This document shows positions 36,401-50,660 of a stretch of DNA of 64,000 bases, in pieces. The notes under the pieces were generated by a model. The model searched no databases. It saw only the letters and a list, made by a program, of their open reading frames with translations, and had not been told where the DNA came from. The translations under genes were made by a program, and so were the position numbers. Positions within the stretch are counted from its first letter, which is position 1, and each line of letters opens with the position of its first letter. The stretch is from Prorocentrum cordatum (Eukaryota). The DNA lies in NCBI GenBank assembly GCA_963575745.1, contig CAUYUJ010000261.1, positions 1 to 64,000 of the forward strand. The letters are read 5' to 3'.

Positions 36401-37004
36401 GGGTGACGCGCCGCGGGGCGGGCGGCGCCGAGCCGGCGCCCCGTCGCGCGCGCGCGAGCTGAGCGCGGGGGAGCGGCTCCAGCTGAGCTGGCGGCTGGCG
36501 CCGGGGGCGCGCGCCGAGCGGCTGGCGGGCGCGCCGCTGCAGCTGGGGCTCGGGCGCCGCGCCGCGGGCGCTGGGCGCGCGCCGAGGCGGCTGGACAACT
36601 GCGGCGCGGCGGCGGGGCCAGCGGCGCAGCGCAGCGCCGCCCGCGCGGCTCGGAGGGGCGCTGGCAGGCGCGGCGCTGCTGCCGCTGCTGCTCCAGCGGG
36701 GAACTGGGCGGGCCGCGGCCGCGGGGCCCGGGGCGCCGGGTCACCGGGGCCCCGACGGCGGCCGGCGCGAGCAGAGCTGCGGGCGGCGCCGGGGGCGGGC
36801 GACCGGCGCTCGCACTCGGCTGCACCTAGCTGGGCGTCGCCGCCGTGCTCCCGTGTATGCGAGGTAGTAGAGGCCCCGGTCGGCGCGCCCCCTCGGCTCC
36901 GGGGCTTGCTCGCCGCTGAGCGGCGTGCTTGTCCTGGGGTCGGGGGGTTGCGCCAGCGCCCGATCAATGTGCTCCCGGCGCGCGGCAGACACGTGGCCGC
37001 CGCG

Positions 37005-37572
37005 GGAGGAGGAGGAGGAGGAGGAGGAGGAGGAGGAGGAGGAGGAGGAGGAGGAGGAGGGGGAGGAGGAGGAGGAGGAGGAGGAGGAGGAGGAGGAGGA
37101 GGAGGAGGGGGAGGAAGGGGGAGGAAGGGAGGAAGGGGGAGGAGGAGGAGGAGGAGGAGGAGGAGGAGGAGGAGGAAGAGGAGGAGGAGGAGGAGGAGGA
37201 GGGGCGGAGGAGGAGGCGGAGAAGGGGAGGGGGAGGAGGAAGAGGAGAGGAGGAGGAGGAGGAGGAGGAGGAGAAGAGGAGGAGGAGAAGGAGGAGGACG
37301 AGGAGGACGAGGGGGAGGAGGAGGAGGAGAGGAGGAGGAGGCGGATAATGGGGGAGGATGAGGAGGAGGAGGAGGAGGAGAGGAGGAGGAGGAGGAGGAA
37401 AGGAGGAGGAGGAGGAGGACGGAGGAGGGAGGGGAGAGGAGGACGAGGGGGAGGAAGAGGATGAGGAGGAGGCGGAGAATGGGGGGAGGATGGAGGAGGG
37501 GAGGAGGAGGAGGAGGAGAGGAGGAGGAGGATGGAGGAGGAGGAGGAGGAGGAGGAGGAGGAGGAGGAGGAG
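37005..37572. repeat. (GGA)n microsatellite mosaic
   Basis: Direct inspection; similar tracts at 34214, 35621, 47035, 47831 and 49050. Confidence 0.95.
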
Positions 37573-37967
37573 AGCACCCGCTTGAACGGAGACTCCAGTG
37601 GGTAAACCCCCGAGGTCTGGCGTCGCCGTTTCCCGCTTTCTCGGTGAGCGCACCAAGTTTGCGCAGGATTTTTCGTCGCCGTTTTTTTCTCAGGGGGTCC
37701 TCGGCATTTTTTGGGGCGCGTGATGCGGACCGCGGCTTGTTCGCGGGCCCCCTTGGGGCGCGCGGTCTTTTGGGGGGCGCCGCCGAAGGCCCCTGTGTCA
37801 AGGTTCACATGTGTCCCCTGGCAAATGTGGGTACACACACACATCGCACAGTTCGTGGCCCCATAGGGAGCTCCACCGACAGCTTCAATAGCAGGGCTCA
37901 CATGCGTCCCAAATAGAGTCGAAGGGGCTGCGCGAGTGTTTTCTTATACATGTAACGGCGCACCGGG

Positions 37968-38997
37968 TCCGGGGGCCCGGGGCCGGGACCCCGACCACAA
38001 ATGTGGGCTCCGGGGGGCCCGGAGGCTCGTCGGACCGCCGGACGCCGTCCAAGCTCGTTCGCAGGCGGCTTCGAAACGCGCTCCGATGGCTCCAGATGCC
38101 TTCCAAGACGCCTGTCATGACACCAAGAAGGTCCCAGAAGCCTCCAAGACGCTCCGAGAGGCAGCCCAAGAGAGGCCCAGAGCGAAAATCGTGCCATTCC
38201 CATGGGAAAACGTATATTTTTCGCATGTTCGCCTCCTGGGTTTTCACCGCGTCCAAGACGGCCCAAGAGACGCCCAAGACGGTCTACGAGGCCTCCGGGA
38301 GCGCTCCAAGGCTGCGCACGAGTGTCCCAGGACGGCCCCAAGACGGCCGAAGAGAGCCCCAAGACGAGTTCGAGAGGGGTCGCCCAAGACGTTCCGAGAG
38401 GCACCCCAAGAGGTCCAAGAAACAAAAATCGTGCCATTCCTGTGGGAAAAACGTATACTTTTCGCATGTTCGCATCTTGGGCTTTCACCGCGTCCAAGAC
38501 GGCCCAAGAGGCCTCCAAGACCGCGCCCCAGGACAGCCCAAGAGGGCCCCAAGACGGCCCAAGAGGCGCCTAAGATGGCCCAAGAGGGCCCCAAGACGGG
38601 CCCAAGAGGGGGCCCAGAGGGGGACCACGAACCGCAAGCTCGAGCCTTCCGCCCCAAGAGGCCGCCAGGAGGCCCCAAGGAGGCCCCTCAAGAGGCCCCA
38701 GGAGACCCCCAAGAGGCCCAAAGGAGGCCCCGAGAAGCCCCAAATCGGCCCCCAAAATGCTTCGAACCTGCTTCCAGGAGGCCCCCGACAGGTTCAGAGG
38801 CTCCCGAGAAGCTACGTCAAACTCCCAGCGAGCGGCCGGACGAGGCCCCCCACAAAATCACAAGAGGGTTCCAGCATTTGTATCCTTCAGCGCTCTCTGG
38901 CCTTCTTCCCCCTGCCCCCTTCCCTGCGACTTTCGTTGACTCAAGCTCGCCTCCTAGCTAGAACCTGAGCGCGCGCGAAGCGCGCGCGTGGTTCTAG
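37968..38997 (+). mobile_element. Helitron-like non-autonomous copy (GGCCCCAAGA-rich)
   Basis: Same 3' end as 41471-45963: gcgcgcgc-gaa-gcgcgcgc hairpin, then gtggttCTAG|T. The 5' boundary is approximate. Confidence 0.55.
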
Positions 38998-39394
38998 TTC
39001 AATGTCGCGAGGCATGCGATTCGCATTGTCGTTTATTCGCGCGTGCAAAATACGCCATCACATGCTATCCGTTGTTTGTTTCGTTTCTTTCCTGTCGTCC
39101 AGTACTACATGTTTTGGCGTGTTGTCGTCGTTGTTTTCTCGAAGGGGTTCACTGAATATTTGCATTTTTCGCCGTTTTTTGGTCGGGGTGGGTTTTTTTG
39201 TGGGGCGAGGCACGTCGCCGTTTCTCGGTGATACTCGGTAAGCGTGCAGGAATTCGATGTTCTTCGCTGGTCTCCCTAAGCGGATGGCCAAGAATAAAGG
39301 GGAGTGACAGGAGGAGGAGGAGCAAGAGGAGGAAGAGAGGAGGAGGAAGGAGGGAGGAGGGAGGAGGGAGGAGGGAGGAGGAGGGAGGAGGAGG

Positions 39395-39451
39395 GATGAT
39401 GATGATCATGATCATGATCATGATGATGATCATGATAATGATGATGATGGC

Positions 39452-39541
<90 letters not shown>

Positions 39542-39582
39542 ACTGAAGCTGGTACTGATGATGACGATGATGATGGTGATGG

Positions 39583-39653
<71 letters not shown>

Positions 39654-40201
39654 GTGATTACGAGACGACGACGAGGAGAAGGAGGAGGAGGAGGAGGAGG
39701 GAGTAGGAGGGCGGCAGCGGCGGGAGCAGAGGAAAGTGTCCGCCGAGCCCCAGGCCTTTCCCCCGCCGCTCACGCCGCTGCCGCCGCTCGCCATTCCCGT
39801 TGCCGTTTTGGCCGTATTCTGCCTCGGCCGCATTCTGCCAGCAGCATCTTCAGCATCAGCATTTTCAGCATTAGCATCATCAATCGCCTCCGCCTCCGCA
39901 TCACAATCATCATCCTCATCATCCTCATCATCATAATCAGCATAATCATCAGCATCATCATCAGCAGCATCAGCAGCAGCATCAGCATCAGCATCAGCAC
40001 CATCAGCAGCATGATCAGCATCGCCATCATCGTCGTCATGGTCATCATCATCACCACCATCAGCATCAACATCATCATCATCATGAGCATCATCATAATC
40101 AACATCAATAGCATCATCACCACCATCACCGTCATGACAATAAGCATCAACACCAGCATCATCATCGCCATCATCATCGTGATCATCGACATCACCATTG
40201 T

Positions 40202-40248
<47 letters not shown>

Positions 40249-40430
40249 ACCATCATCAGCATCAGCGTGAGCATTGCCATCACCATAATCGTAGTGACGC
40301 CAACACCATCACCATTCATCACCATCACCATCATCATCATCATCACAATCCTCCTCGTCCGCCTCCACTTCCTCCTCTTCATCATCATCATCAGCAGCAT
40401 CACCATCACCTTCATCATCATGATAAGCAT
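39395..40430. repeat. (GAT)n and (CAT/CAG)n microsatellite mosaics
   Basis: Direct inspection. Confidence 0.9.
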
Positions 40431-41437
40431 AAGCACTGTTCCACCCATCTTGCTGCTCTTCCTCCTTCTCCTACTCCATAACCTCCTCGTCCTCCTTCTT
40501 CTCGCCCTTCTTCCTCTTCGCTGGGTCCTTCTCGCACTTCTCCTCCCCCTCCTGCTCTTCCTTTTCCTGTTCCTCCCCCTCGCCCATCATCCTCCTCCCC
40601 CTACCCCACATGCTTCGGCCCCAGGCCGTGTCCCAGTTCCTGTACAGCTCCATGCGTCGCGGGGAGGAGCTCGCGGGCTGGCAGTCTACGTTTGCGGCGG
40701 CGACCGCTTCCGCAGCGAGCACGGGATAGGGGAGAGGAGGAACAGCAACAGGATGAGGATCACCACGGTTCCTTCGGTGCTCATTGCAGTACTGATTGGG
40801 CGCCCCCTTCCCCCGTCGCCGTCATTTTGAACTGATTTTGGCCGGCGAGCCTGCCGCCATTTTGTTGTCGCCTAGTTTCGGTTGCGGTTGCGCCCGCGGG
40901 CGGGTTGAAATGTATCGCTTGGCTGGCAATTGAAAAGCATCGTCATTCCGCATCACGCGGCACGCCCTTTAATAGAATTGTAAATCTTTCTCTGGAGAGT
41001 CGCGTTGCACGGTATGCTCTTCAAGGGAACTCAAAAGTTTTCTTTTTGAGAGAATCATATGATCAGCATTCTCTCTTAATGCGGACAAGTCTTAATTGTC
41101 TTGTTTGTTTTGACGTCCCGTCCGTTTTTTTTATACATATATTACGTGTTCATGTTATCACGATGATTATTTGAATTCAGATTTGTTTGATACATTCCTT
41201 GTAGCTTTCTTCAATTGATTGCAACATGCAGCCCGCCATAATAATTCCGCACTGGTTGCAAGACGATTTGCCGCCAGCTTTTTATGTGGAGTTCCAACTG
41301 ACTAACATTCGTTGTTTTGCCTCGCCACCGTTGTCTTGTCGATACGTCAGTGACTGTTTCAGGTTTTTCCCCGCCGCCCGCTTATTTTCTGACATTGAGT
41401 ATTTCATACTGCTTCCGGTGTGATGAATGAGGTGGAC

Positions 41438-41470
<33 letters not shown>

Positions 41471-41475
<5 letters not shown>

Positions 41476-44400
41476 GGGGGCGAGGCCGGGGGCCCCAGGA
41501 CAGGTGCCCATGTCGGGACCGGGGCTCATTTTCCATGTGTTTTTACAAGGTTTCCGCGTCCTGGGCCTCGGAGGCCGCCGCCTCCGACCCCCCATGGGCC
41601 AGGAGGGCCTCCAGAGGCTCCCAAGACGGCCCAAGCGGGCCCCGAGTCGCCGAAAGACCGCTCCAGGACGCCCAAGATAGGCCCAAGACGGCCCGAGAGG
41701 CGCCCCAAGGCACTCCACGACGCTTCAAGACGCCTCTCCAGAGCGCTTCCAGAGGCCGAAATCGTTTATTTTACGAAGGTTTTCGACCGATTTTGGCCTT
41801 CCAGCCTTTTCGGCTGTCCGACGTTCCAAGATGGCTCAATAGGCCCCCAAGAGCGCCCCAAGACGGCCCAAGAGGGCCCCAAGACGGCCCCAGAGTCGCC
41901 CAAGACAGCCCAACAGAGCCCCAAGACGGCCCCAAGATGCGCCCAAGAGGGGGACCACGACTCCAAAATTCGACCCTCCGGCTTGAAGAGTGCCCCAGGA
42001 GGCCCCAAGGAGCCCCCAAGAGGCCCCAGGATGCCCCCAACAGGCACCCAGGAGGCCCAAACGATGCCTACAGAGGCCACAAAACAGCCCCGAGGAGGCC
42101 CCACAACGGTCCCAAAACGGCTACCGAGAAGCTGCGAAACTGCCTTCACGACGTCCCCGACAGGCCAACCACGAGATCCAAACCAACACCCATGAGGCCT
42201 CTGACCCACCACCCAGGGCACGGTGGCGGCAGCAGTGACAGCACTTGTGCACAGCATGTTCCGGCGGGAGCCTTCCAGAACACGCTGCAGGAGGAGGAGG
42301 AAGATCAGGAGGAGAGAGAGCTGGAGTGGGAGGAGGAGGAGGAGGGGGACGAGGAGGAGGAAGAGGCCTCCCAGACAGCTCCAAGATAGCCGAAGAGGCT
42401 TCCAAGAGGGCCCTGGGCGGCCCACGAGGGCCCCAAGGCGGTGCCTGAGGCGCCCAAGACGGCCCGAGAGGGCCCCAAGACGGCCCCAAGAGAGGCCCAA
42501 GAAGGGAAACACGAACCGAGAATCCGAGCTTTCTACCCCGAGAGGGTCTCGGGAAGTCCCAAGAGGCCCCCAATCGGATCCAAGAGGCCCCCAAGAAGCT
42601 CCCAAGAGGGCCGACGAGGTTCCAAGAGATCTCCCAAGGTGGCCCCAAGAGGCACAACTCATTGTTTTACGATTGGGCTTTGACGGGTTTTATTTTTTTC
42701 TGCCTTTTGGCATCCCGATGCTCCAAGACGGCCCAAGAGGCTTCCAATACCGCTCCCATATAGAGGAAGAGGCCTCCAAGAGGGCCCCAAGACGGCCCGC
42801 GAGGGCCCCAAGACGGTGCTTGAGGCGCCCAAGACGGCCCGAGAGGGCCCCAAGAGCCCCAAGAGAGGCCCAAGAAGGGGAACGCGACCCAACAGCAGAG
42901 CGGTCCCCCCACAAGGCCCACAGGAGGCCGCAAGAGGCCCCCAAGTGGTCCGACGAGGACCCCAAAAGCTTCCCCGAGGGCCTAAAAGGCCACCAGGAGA
43001 CGTCCAAGAGGCTTTCACATAGCCCAAGAGTACCCTCGATGCGTCAAAACTGCTTCCAGGAGGCCCCTGGGAGGCTTCCGGATTGCCTCAATCTGGCCGC
43101 AGGTGGCCTCAAGTCGGGCCTCCACGCAGCCAAGACGGCCAATGACGGCTTCAGATTGCAGAACCGATGCCCCCAAGGGACCCTCAGACGCCCCCCCAAG
43201 AGGCACCCAAGAGGTGCCTCCAACAGCCAGTTGACGAAGCATGCGGAACACCCCAGAAGATCCTCAGATGCCGTCGCGCGCCTGTGCTTGATAGCGTTGT
43301 CCAAGATCGTCCAGCGCCCCCCGGCCTGGGCTAGAACCTGAGCGCGCGCGAAGCGCGCGCGATGGTTCTAACCCAGGGGCCCGAAAACAGCTGCCCGACT
43401 CTCCATGCGCGTACCGGGGCCCATTTTCGCTGTGTTTTCACGGGGTTTCGGCGTCCCGGGCCTCGGAGGCCGCCGCGATGGTCCCGTACATTTTCCAGAT
43501 CCTCGGCGCGGGCTCCAAGACCATTCCGCAGAGGGCTCCAACAGGCTCCAGGGCAGCCCAAGAGGGCTCCAAGACGGCTCCAGGAACGACTGCAGGGTCT
43601 CATTTTTTTGTTTTCTGCAAGACGGCTCCAGGAAGACTGCATGTCTTCTGAGGATGGCTTCCGCCTCTTGCCCCGAGCATCCCAAACTGCCTGAACGGTT
43701 CCCACTCGCCTTACTCAAACCCAGCGCTTGCCCAAGCGCGTTCCAGACGGTCTTCGCCGGAACGCGCTGGAATGATCACGCGCTGCGGTTTCCCATGCCA
43801 ACGTCCTCGGACGTGGGCGCCCTGCCACGAGCGCGTTCCGGGAAGATGCTCCTGGAACGCGCCGAAAAGATATGGCCACATCTCGGGGGCGCTCCCGGCA
43901 CTGCTGCCCCAGCCTTTCTGGGCAGCCTCCACAGCGCTCCAGGAGGGCCCAAGACGCTCCCGAGCAGCCCAAGTAACAGTAGCCTTCCGACGGCTCTCGA
44001 GGCTCCCAAGTGGCCTCCAAGAGACCCCAAGAAGTCTGATAGGTATCGCGGTACGGCCCGGAGAAGCCAATGTTCTTTTCAATGTTTTTGGCTTCTCGAG
44101 TTTTCGAGCTCCCATCGGTCCAAGAGCGCCGAAAAGCCTCCATGGGGGTACTGGGGCTCATTTTCCCTGTGTTTAAAAGGGTTTCCGCGTCCTGGGCCTC
44201 GGAGGGCGCCGCCTCCGACCCCCCACGGGAGGAGGGGCGGCCGGGGAGGTCCAAAATAATCCAGGAGGGCCTCCAGAGGCTCCCAAGACGGCCCAAGCGG
44301 GCCCCGAGTCGCCGAAAGACCGCTCCAGGACGCCCAAGATAGGCCCAAGACCGCCCGAGAGGCGCCCCAAGGCACTCCACGACGCTTCAAGACGCCTCCC

Positions 44401-45962
44401 CAGAGCGCTTCCAGAGGCCGAAATCGTTTATTTTACTAAGGTTTTCGACCGATTTTGGCCTTCCAGCCTTTTCGGCTGTCCGACGTTCCAAGATGGCTCA
44501 ATAGGCCCCCAAGAGCGCCCCAAGACGGCCCAAGAGGGCCCCAAGACGACCCCAGAGTCGCCCAAGACAGCCCAACAGAGCCCCAAGATGGCCCCAAGAT
44601 GCGCCCAAGAGGGGGACCACGACTCCAAAATTCGACCCAGCCGCCTGAAGAGTGCCCCAGGAGGCCCCAAGGAGCCCCCAAGAGGCCCCAGGAGGCCCCC
44701 AAGAGGCACCCAGGAGGCCCAAACGAGGCCTAAAGAGGCCACAAAGCAGCCCGAGGAGGCCCCACAACGGTCCCAAAACGGCTACCGAGAAGCTGCGAAA
44801 CTGCCTTCACGACGTCCCCGACAGGCCAACCACGAGATCCAAACCAACACCCATGAGGCCTCTGACCCACCACCCAGGGCACGGTGGCGGCAGCAGTGAC
44901 AGCACTTGTGCACAGCATGTTCCGGCGGGAGCCTTCCGGAACACGCTGCAGGAGGAGGAAGATCAGGAGGAGAGAGAGAGCTGGACTGGGAGGAGGAGGA
45001 GGGGGACGAGGAGGAAGCTCCAAGATAGCCGAAGAGGCTTCCAAGAGGGCCCTGGGCGGCCCACGAGGGCCCCAAGGCGGTGCCTGAGGCGCCCAAGACG
45101 GCCCGAGAGGGCCCCAAGACGGCCCCAAGAGAGGCCCAAGAAGGGAAACATGAACCGAGAATCCGAGCTTTCTACCCCGAGAGGGTCTCGGGAAGTCCCA
45201 GGAGGCCCCCAATCGGATCCAAGAGGCCCCCAAGAAGCTCCCAAGAGGGCCGACAAGGCTCCAAGAGATCTCCCAAGGTGGCCCCAAGAGGCACAACTCA
45301 TTGTTTTACGATTGGGCTTTGACGTATTTTTTTTCTGCCTTTTGGCATCCCGATGCTCCAAGACGGCCCCAAAGGCTTCCAATACCGTTCCCACATAGAG
45401 GAAGAGGCCTCCAAGAGGGCCCCAAGACGGCCCGAGAGGGCCCCAAGAGCCCCAAGAGAGGCCCGAGAAGGGGAACGCGACCCAACAGCAGAGCGGCCCC
45501 CCACAAGGCCCACAGGAGACTGCAAGAGGCCCCAAAGTGGTCCGACGAGGACCCCAAAAGCTCCCCGAGGACCCAAAAGGCCCCTGGGAGACGTCCAAGA
45601 GGTTTGAAAATAGCCCAAGAGTGCCCCAAATGCATCAAAACTGCTTCCAGGAGGCCCCCGGGAGGCTTCCGGATTGCCTCCATCTGGCCGCAGGTGGCCT
45701 CAAGTCGGGCCTCCACGCAGCCAAGACGGCCAATGACGGCTTCAGATTGCAGAACCGATGCCCCCAAGGGACCCTCAGACGCCCCCCCAAGAAGCACCCA
45801 AGAGGTGCCTCCAACAGCCAGTTGACGAAGCATGCGGAACACCCCAGAAGCTCCTCAGATGCCGTCGCGCGCCTGTGCTTGATAGCGTTGTCCAAGATCG
45901 TCCAGCGCCCCCCCGGCCTGGGCTAGAACCTGAGCGCGCGCGAAGCGCGCGCGATGGTTCTA

Positions 45963-45963
<1 letters not shown>
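41471..45963 (+). mobile_element. Head-to-tail Helitron-like non-autonomous elements inserted in (TA)n
   Basis: Starts A|TC at 41471 and ends with a hairpin plus gatggttCTAG|T at 45963, with (TA)n on both sides and no TIR. An internal terminus (hairpin plus CTAA) lies at ~43371. The stretch ~41595-43370 is repeated at ~44260-45963. No Rep/helicase ORF. Confidence 0.75.
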
Positions 45964-46003
<40 letters not shown>

Positions 46004-46540
46004 TATATATGTATATGTATATATTATATCTATACACAGATATACAGAGACAGAGAGTGAGAGGGAGAGAATAAGAGACAGCGATAGAGACAGATAGAGA
46101 GAGAGAGAGAAGTAGAGAGAGAGAGAGAGAGCGAGAAAGAGGAAGAGAGGGAGAGAGAGAGAGAGAGAGAGAGAAAAAAAAAAAACAGTCAACGCGCATA
46201 ATAGGGACGTGTAGGGATGAGCAACTTTCCAAGGCTACCCTTGCTTCCTTCCCGTTCGGCCCATCCACCGAGGGAAGAAGATATTGGTCTCGGTGACGGT
46301 GGTAATATTCCAGCTCCCAAGGTGGCCGAAATATTACCACCACCGAAATCTAGGATCATCTCCCCCCTGTGGGGGCAACCCCCTGTGTTGGTGTTGGTGC
46401 AAATTTCCAGGCCTCCACGCAACGGCTTTCTTCTTGTTGCCGGCACGTGCGGCAGCCGAGTGCCCAGGAAGCAGGCCTTTCCCCAAGGCCTCGAGGGTCT
46501 GCCCCCGCTGCGCTGCCGGACTGGCGTCGGCAGGGTCCTC

Positions 46541-46690
<150 letters not shown>

Positions 46691-49329
46691 AAGTCCGCTC
46701 ATATCGCCATTAGGTCCACATATGCTGCTGCCGTCTCGGTTCAGGTACTGGAAACAGGTACAGCGCCGCCTGCCCGCGGCGCATGGGAAAAAGGGATCGC
46801 TACCCTCTCCCTTGCCTTCCTCTACCTACGGCAACCCTTGTAGGCTCGACTCATTGGTCGTCAACCTGCATACACACGCAGGGCGCGGAGCTGGGAGCTG
46901 GCGACCGCGCCACAGCTCGCGCAGTGCCATGGGCGGCACGGCGCGCGCGGGAAAGCAGAGCGTGGGAGGGACGAGACGTGAAACGTCCAAGGTCGAGTGA
47001 CAGGCTCACGGTGCTTGGAGAACGACGCGGAGGGGGAGGAGGAGGAGGAGGATGAGGAGGAGGAGGAGGAGGAGGAGGACCAGGATTTGGCGAAGAAGGA
47101 GGAGGAGGCATGGATCATCGTGACAGCCTGCAGCGCAGCGTAGGAGAAGGAGGAGGAGGAGGAGGAGGAGGAGGAAGAGGCGGAGCAAGACGAGGAGGAG
47201 GAAGAGGAGGAGGAGGAGGAGAAACATAATAATGATGAGGAAAAGGAGGACGAGAAGGAACAGAAAGAGGACAACCAGGAGAACCAGGAGGAGCAAAAAC
47301 GGAAGGGGCAGGAGGAGGAGGAGGAGGAAGGAGCAAGCGGCAATGATCACCCTGACAGGACCTTCGTTACAGCGCAGTAGGAGGCCGAGCAAAACGAGGA
47401 GGAAAAGGACGGCGAGGAGGAAGAGGAGGAGGAGGAGGAGGAGGAGGAGGAGGAAAAGGAGGGCGAGGAGGAGGAGGACGAGGAAGAGGAGGAGGAGAAG
47501 ATGGAGGAGCTGGAGGAGCATAAGGGGCAGGAGGGGACACTTAGGAGGAGCAGGAGGACCCAGAGCACGGAACAGCACGAGGAGCAGCAGGAGACCACAC
47601 CCTTAGAAAGCGGCACCACCTCGCTCCACAACGCCGCGCCGACCGACGGCGCGTCCACCCGCGTCTCCGTCGCGGACGCACAGCCCGGACGACGACAAAG
47701 AGGACGGAAACGAGAGAGGAGGATTGGTTTACGGCAAGGGATCTTCCAGGAAGCTACGGGTGCATCTTATGGAAGTGTGTTTCCACGAGTTGCCCCACAG
47801 TCAAGGTTCTTGCCAGGGTGCACGCCCAGATGAGGGGAGGAAGAGGAGGAGGAGGAGGAGGAGGAGGAGGAGGAGGAGGAGGAGGAGGAGGAGGAGGAGG
47901 AGGAGGAGGAGGAGGAGGCGTGAAAAAGGAGGGAGGGAGGAGGGAGGAGGAGGAGGAGGAGGAGGAGGAGGAGGAAGAAGAAGAGGAGAAAGAGGAGGAG
48001 AAGGATGAGGAGGAGGAGGAGGAGCAGAAGGAGAAGGACGGGGGCCAGCGAGGACGAGGAGGATGGCCACGGGCTTCGCAGAGATCTTGCTGCTCCTCTC
48101 CTCTTAGGCGAGCAACGGCGTGACGATGACGATCACGATGTAGACAACACTAGTTTTCCGCTGCTGCTGCGACCAGCCCGTGTCAGAGTGGTGGAGTGGT
48201 GGTCGGCTCACTCTCGGCCGTAGCTTGATTCAGTTTTAGCACGGAATGCTGTGGCCACGGCTCCGCGGCAGAATCAGACAGGCTATCGGAAGACTACTTT
48301 TGAAAGTAGAACTTGTTTAAGCCATCGCGGCCACGGACGGAGAGGGAGGATGAAGCGGGAAAAAAAGCAGAGGCGAGAGGGGAAAGGAGAGGGAGGACAA
48401 CGACAAGCATGTGCTGCATTGCTGCAGCATGGCTTCTAAGACGGAACATCAGAGATATACCTCGGAGATCCAGCGAACAGTTCACATGCAAAAGCATGTT
48501 TTGATATACCAAGTTCCTTGAGATAAGCTCGTGAGTGTACACGTATGATGTATGATGTTTTTCATATCCGCCGGACCCAGAAACGAAATTGAATCAGACC
48601 GTCTAGCTGTTGCTTCACCTCTGGGGGGCAGGGACACAAGCTGCGACACCCGGCTCGAAAGGCAATTTTGCATTCAGACGGCCAGCCGACCTTGCTGGAG
48701 CTGTAGGGCTGACCCTCATCATCACGATGTCTGCCGTGCCGTGTCCAAGGGCCCAGGGCGGCTCACAGAACAGCCCGCCTCGAACCCCGCACGCGTGCGA
48801 GGCACGCCCCAGAGATGAGCATGAGCACAGCGCGCGGAGACCCTCGGCCGCTTGGCCCCGCAGCTGCTGCCTGGTAGGCGTGACCAGCCAAAATGGTGCC
48901 CGCCTGCGTGGGCATGTCCTGCTGCCTGGCACTGGCGGCATCTTCGAGAGCCATCGCGCCCGTTGCACCCACGAGGCGACTCAGCTGCCGACGCAGCCAG
49001 GAGCGAGAAGGAAAGGGAGGGAGGGGCAGGGAGAGGAGGCGAGGGGACGGGGGAGGAGGAGGAGGAGGAGGAGGAGGAGGAGGAGGAGGAGGAGGATCAG
49101 GATCAGGAGGAGGAGGAGGAGGAGGAGGACGAGAAGGAGGAGGAGGAAGAGGAGGAGGAGGAGGGAGGACGAGGAGAAGGACGAGGAGGACGAGGAGGAG
49201 GACGAGAGGAGGAGGAGAGGAGGAAGAGGAGGAGGAGGAGGAGGATGAGGATGAGGAGGAGGAGGAGGAGGAGGAGGAGGAGGAGGGGGGCAATGCCAGG
49301 ACGAGAAGGCTCTCAGAAGCTGCGTTTAC

Positions 49330-50030
49330 TCACGCCCGCTGCTCCGGCGGTGTCACTGGCAGCCTCACTGTGGCCAAACGCGTCCTCCAAGTCTTCAACC
49401 AGAGGAGGTTCCTGGAAGTCGCACTCACACATGTCCGCCGCCTCGGCGGCGGACCCTCAAGCGTCATTGCCCCAACGCCAGTCGCTTAGCAACGACCCCT
49501 GTCCCGACAGGGCGTCCATGCACGCACCAACGATGAGCGTCGAGACTCCCGGCCAGAGGGACCCATCGAATCCCAGTCAAACTCCGGCCACTATGCCCAT
49601 AGCGATTTCCATCGGGATGGGAAGCAATACTTCTGGGCAACGCTGCAAGACGAGTGGCGCAAGATGCCACGATCCTGCCGCCGTGCCAGCACGCGCGGGC
49701 CGTCTCCACACTCGCGGGGGTGCTCACGGAGGGCTGTCTTGCAGAGGAGCGGCCGCCCATCCCCCCAGCAAGTTCAGACGCGCATGCAGAGACTTCCCCA
49801 TGACTTCCCTGTCTGGGTCGTTCGGCAGGGCCTCGCCGCGAAGCAGTGCCAACTTGTCGCGCCACTGCTGCTCCGACCGCACCTTGGCGATCTCCCACCA
49901 CCAGATGTCGTGGTCCAACGGCAGCCTGCCCCTGAGGGCCACGCATCCCCGAGGGCGGTGTTTCAGAGCCTTCGCTCTGCTCCTGCCCCCGAAGAGGGCG
50001 AGAGCCCAGTCGTGCCTCTGTTAGGCGGGG
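49330..50030 (-). pseudogene. Possible degraded coding segment, unknown
   Basis: Protein-like reading LRGRLPLDHDIWWWEIAKVRSEQQWRDKLALLRGE...LVLQRCPEVLLPIPMEIAMG..., with internal stops. Confidence 0.3.
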
Positions 50031-50464
50031 CCTCAGGTGATATTCCGACCAGGTTCCCGTCTCTGCGTGCTGGCGTCCCCCACCGCCGTCAGACTTCCCG
50101 CATTCGGTGGAGGCGAGCGCGTGAGCTCGAAAGAACAGTCCCTCCAGGCGACGGTGAAGCCAAGGCGCCTGCGCGGCAGGGTTGCGCGTGCCCCCGTCCA
50201 CGACGGCCGAAAACGGAGGCCCTGGCTGCGCTGGAGCGGTCGCACCGTCACCCCCGCCAGGCGCCGCCCCGCCTGCCGACCTGGGGCAGGGGCGGGGGGC
50301 CTCCCTGGAGCAGGATGCGCTTGTCTCGAGCAGGGGGACCGATTGCAGAATCGATTCACCCAGAAATTTGCTTACTCGTCGAATCAACGAAAATCGCGCA
50401 GAATGTTCCGTAGCTCGGCGAACATGCTACGTATTTCTCGCAAGTTCGACGAGACGATCCATGT

Positions 50465-50660
50465 GGGGGGGTACCTGCAGTCTGGGAACGCTTGTTCACG
50501 CGTCAACGCTTGCGTGGATGAAGTCCAGGGGGGGGAGGTACCTGTAGTCTGGGGGGGGACCTCTAGTCCAGGGGGCGGGGTACCTGTAGTCCAGGGAGGG
50601 GTACATGTAGTCCGGGGAGAGGGTATTTGTAGTCCGGGGAGTACTTGTAGTCCGGGGGCC
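50465..50660. repeat. ~18-20-bp minisatellite GGGGTACCTGTAGTCC
   Basis: About seven to eight degenerate copies. Confidence 0.8.

Noticed and set aside
40860..41420. AT-richer segment as possible foreign gene
   Set aside because: Only short ORFs and no recognisable motif.
37936..45926. Many overlapping P/R/G-rich ORFs
   Set aside because: They arise from GGCCCCAAGA low-complexity repeats open in several frames on both strands.
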